In this document: one piece after another, positions 60,443 to 64,000 of the stretch
How the letters are laid out: each line of letters begins with the position of its first letter
Position numbering within the stretch: the first letter of the stretch is position 1
Origin: Trichodelitschia bisporula
Lineage: Eukaryota
Direction: 5' to 3'
DNA length: 64,000 nucleotides
Assembly: GCA_010356995.1 (NCBI GenBank)
Contig: ML996695.1
Coordinates: forward strand, 133,061-197,060
The notes under the pieces: model-generated
What the model saw: only the letters and a program-made list of their open reading frames with translations
Databases searched by the model: none
What the model was told of the DNA's origin: nothing
Made by a program: the position numbers and the translations under genes

Positions 60443-61184
60443 CTACTCCCACTCCCCCTCCCTCACAACCGCCCTCCCCGGCTTCTTCAACCCCATCTCC
60501 ACATCCCTAGCCACAATCTCCTTAAGCTCAATCTCCCTCTCCCGCTCCACCCTCTCGCGTTCCTCACGCACCCTCGCCTCCTCCTCCTCCCCCCACACAA
60601 AATTCCCCGCCCCACCGCGGCCCCTATGCCTCGTCTCCGTCACCGGCGTGGCTACCTCGCTCGTCGGGCTCGCGAGCGCTTCAGCCGCTTCTGCGGTCGC
60701 GGGCGTGCTGTTTAGGCTAGGGGAGGGGTAGGAGGGGTTCAGGGGGGGGGGGGAGCTGGGGGGGGGGGTGGGATCTTGGGGGTCGGTGGTGGGGGAAGGG
60801 GTCGAGGAGAAAAACCCCGCCCCGAGCAGCGCGCGCGGACTAAACCAGTTCCCGGCCCCGCCGCGGCCGCTGTACGCGTATTCCGGCGCGATGGTTTGCG
60901 AGCGCTCGGTTGGGGGTGGGGAGGGGGGTGCCTGTGCGGTGCTGGAGGAAGGGGGTGCTTGGGTGGTGCTGGAGGAAGAGGATGGGCCTGGTTGCGGTTG
61001 GGAGGCGGATGAGTCGCTGGAGATGCTGGGGCGCTGGGCTTCGGGGTCCTGAGAGGGGTTAGATGGGAGGGGAATGGGAGGAGGGGGTGGGAGGGAGACG
61101 GACGTTTTTCCGCGCGGCTGCTGCTTCTGCTAGCAGGGCTGCTTGCGCGGTGAGATTTCCTGCGCCGCCGCGGCCGTAGGCCAT
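60443..61184 (-). CDS. GRGGAGN-repeat protein (DUF3602-like); intron 61049-61103
   Basis: MAYGRGGAGNL, YSGRGGAGNWF, RGRGGAGNFVW; exons of 81 and 606 nt are in frame. Confidence 0.82.
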
Positions 61185-61213
61185 CTTGCTTGTGTCGCGG
61201 GAGATAGATGCGT

Positions 61214-61253
<40 letters not shown>
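61214..61253. repeat. G40 homopolymer 30 nt upstream of the 61184 start codon
   Basis: Directly visible. Confidence 0.9.
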
Positions 61254-61254
<1 letters not shown>

Positions 61255-62715
61255 CGCGATTGGGTGAGATGGGCTGGCGGGATGGCGGGTGATGAGAAGC
61301 GGAGAGAGCGTTGATTGTGCTTCGAACGTGGATTGCCCCGTGAATATCGGCTCGGATTACAGTTGAAGACTGGATGGCTGGTCGAATTCGAAAGAGTATG
61401 AAGTCGAGATAATCGCTCGAGCGCGGATCAAGCGCGGTAGATAACCCTCATGCCCCCGCACTACAGCTCAGCCTGACCCCGGCTCCGCGGCATAACTCGT
61501 TGCTGAACATCCCACCACGCGTGCCTGCGTAGCGGGCAACTTTTTGCGCCTCTACCCCACGCTGTGCCTAGACGCCAATCCGCGCATGCGCAATCAGCGG
61601 CACGTCTGGGCTGACAGGTGCCGCGCAGAAAAACCGCAGGATGAGAGGCGCCGTGGTGGCGGGATTAAGTGTCCTTCGCATCTTAACTCGTTTCATGCGA
61701 GGCTGGTGGGCTTGCGGGAGTGGCTTTATTCTGACGAACAAATTTTTTTTTTTTTTTTACTACCCAAGGCTGTGGAGGGGGTTTGGTAGGGCTGAGGGGT
61801 GGGATTGAGGTATGATATCGCTTTCACGTCTGCGGTTGTTGCATGCCAGGCTGGCGGGCATGCGAGGAAGCGGCGTCGTGAGCGCTACGGGGAGCAGACT
61901 GCTTCTCCGTTATAGACGCCTCGGCAAGTCCGCTGGGAGGATACGGGAACTGAGTTTGACGTCCGGTGGAACATGAAAGGTGTGGTCGAGGACGACGGAG
62001 CAGAGAGGGGAGAGGGAGTAGATGGGCTCCACGCTGGCGGTTACGAAAGAAGGATTGCGCTGCGAATCCCGTACACCGTAAGTGTTGATCTCACTGATTC
62101 ACCGATGAGCGGGATCCTACGGTCAAAGGATCGTAGAGCACCAGTCATCGGGAGTTGGATAAAAGGTAATGGAAGCATAGGCTTGACACGTACAAAGACT
62201 ACGGTATGAAGTGAAGAGGTGATGAAAGACGAAGAAGAGAAGAAAATTGAGCTGAAGAATATATACAATATCTTGTCCTCCGATGCTCCTTCCTGCCATC
62301 GTGAGCACAATACATCATGTTCCTTTATTTCCCTTCCCACGACAGTACTCCTGCCTTGTCTACATCACACGAAAGCGAATCGAGGCCAAACCATCGAATG
62401 GGCAAAACCCCCAGTCCCCAAATGCAGAGTGAAGTTTACACATGATGCCTATAGACGGAAGCCGGCGTCTGATGTCGAACCGCTGTATGAAGTCGAGCAT
62501 TCAGCCGATGCCAAGTGATATCCCATTATCACGATGTACAATCAGCCCCTCATCCCCATATATACCCTTGAGTTGAGTGACGACTTGACACGGTAAGGCT
62601 AGGAGTTAAGAATGCTTCTTGCTTTCTCTATCATACACTTACACCCCATTACCACTATACATATCACCCTCACCATCTCCATCTCCACCACTCTCATCAC
62701 CCCCTCTCCCATACC

Positions 62716-63807
62716 CTACAACCCCGGCATCCCCACAACCCCCCTCCACTCAGCCCACCCCCGCGGCGCAAAATACACCCCCCAAACCACCAACCCCGCA
62801 ATGAACCCCCCCGCCCACTTCTCCCTCCAGTCATGAAAAAACGCCGCCGTCATGAGCAACATCCACCAACAAACACCCACAACTCCAATGGCAATCCTAG
62901 TACCCAGACCCGTGGGCCCCTCCCCCCCATCCCCCCCGCCATCCCTACTCTCAACCTCAAGACTCCGTCCCACACGCCCGACATGCCCACTCGCCTTCCT
63001 CACGCGGCGCTCCTCCCTCAACCCCGCCGCCCGCAGTACGGTAGGCAAAATTTCAAGCCCGAGCATCGCGCTCCCGAGCACGAGCAGGAACACATGGCCG
63101 GAGACATCGTGCCCGCCCAGCCACGCCCCCCCCGCGCGTCTACACTGCGCATGCGAGCGCGCCGCCAGCGCCGCATGTGTATCCCCGCCCGGCGGCACGC
63201 AGCCTCCCCCTGTAAGGACAAAAATGCGATCAATCAGCGCGGGGCCTAGGAACCACTGCGTCGTGGCCGCCCACGCAGTCGTACACAGCGCCCATCGCAC
63301 GAAAAGCTGCGCGAGGCGGCGCAGGCGGCGGTCGCGGTTGTCTCTTTCGTCGGCGCGGGCGGAGAGGGCTTTGGCCCCGGTGTCGGGGTTGTTGAGGCGG
63401 GCTTTGGCGTGCTCGAGGGCGTTCGCCTTCCTCCAGAATGCGCGGTGGGATAGGGCGAAGAGGAGCAGCGCGGCGCTGACCCATCCCCATCCCCTCTTTA
63501 CGAATACCACGTTCCATGCATTTGTCTTGCGCGCCCAGTACGCTGGGGCTAGTTTCTCGGGATGGAAGGCTTGGTGTTGCTGCGAGTAGGGGCTGGCGCG
63601 GATGTGCGGCGCTAGGGATGCGAAGAGGCTGCCCAGGGCGAGAGTGAGGGGGTAGAGAGCGAGGAGCGCGGTTTCGAGGGGGGTGGGGAGGTGGGGGGTG
63701 AGGGCGTGCCACGGGTGAGAGGCGGTGGTGGTGGTTTGGGGTTGGGGTTGAGGGGGGGCGGAGTACTGGCTAAACGGAGGAGGAGACGGTTTGCGTTTTG
63801 TTGCCAT
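62716..63807 (-). CDS. SCS3: FIT-family protein Scs3 (fat storage-inducing transmembrane, acyl-CoA diphosphatase)
   Basis: APAYWARKTNAWNVVFVKRGWGW, TQWFLGPALIDRIFVLTGGGC, CRRAGGAWLGGHDVSGHVFLLVLGS, WWMLLMTAAFFHDWREKWAG. Confidence 0.93.
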   Translation of the reverse strand: MATKRKPSPPPFSQYSAPPQPQPQTTTTASHPWHALTPHLPTPLETALLALYPLTLALGSLFASLAPHIRASPYSQQHQAFHPEKLAPAYWARKTNAWNVVFVKRGWGWVSAALLLFALSHRAFWRKANALEHAKARLNNPDTGAKALSARADERDNRDRRLRRLAQLFVRWALCTTAWAATTQWFLGPALIDRIFVLTGGGCVPPGGDTHAALAARSHAQCRRAGGAWLGGHDVSGHVFLLVLGSAMLGLEILPTVLRAAGLREERRVRKASGHVGRVGRSLEVESRDGGGDGGEGPTGLGTRIAIGVVGVCWWMLLMTAAFFHDWREKWAGGFIAGLVVWGVYFAPRGWAEWRGVVGMPGL

Positions 63808-64000
63808 TGTGATTGAAGACGAGGGAGAGAAGATGGTGAGGTAGAGGAGGAGGAAGAGGTAAGGTTGGCGATGAAGTTTGCTCAGGCGGCAAGCTTGCGC
63901 TTTTGCCTCCGCAAGAGGACAGATGGAATGACGTCCGCGCCAAGGCTGCCTCCGTTCCCAGTCCGTGCGTCACTGGAAGGCCGGCACGAATTTCAACTTC

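Overview
Eukaryotic DNA from a filamentous ascomycete fungus (Pezizomycotina-type short GT-AG introns with CTRAC branch points; species not determinable from sequence alone). It is gene-dense, with about 28 protein-coding genes and one 792-nt assembly gap. Recognisable genes: PSP1-domain protein, RIB7, GH17 btgE-like glucanase, Atg14/UVRAG-family protein, TRR1, TRM82, RPP0, a GST, LSB1/PIN3-like SH3 protein, RRP4, SEC39, MRL1-like receptor, ERG24, ADP/ATP carrier, Rab5/VPS21, a C2H2 factor, RPS12, a DUF3602-like protein and SCS3. No tRNA, rRNA, CRISPR array or autonomous transposon was recognised. Most notable: (1) a 239-bp fold-back hAT-like MITE inside an intron whose 8-bp target duplication copies the intron branch point; (2) a probable CUG-initiated mitochondrial presequence on thioredoxin reductase; (3) a recurring C-rich to G-rich strand-skew switch that cuts through genes of either orientation; (4) a long hairpin in the ADP/ATP carrier intron 1; (5) a degenerate triplication of the RPS12 3' region; (6) a Rab5 lacking its C-terminal prenylation cysteines; (7) a secreted protein with a duplicated 6-Cys module sharing an intron position. 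All family assignments are from motif recognition by eye; no database search was run.
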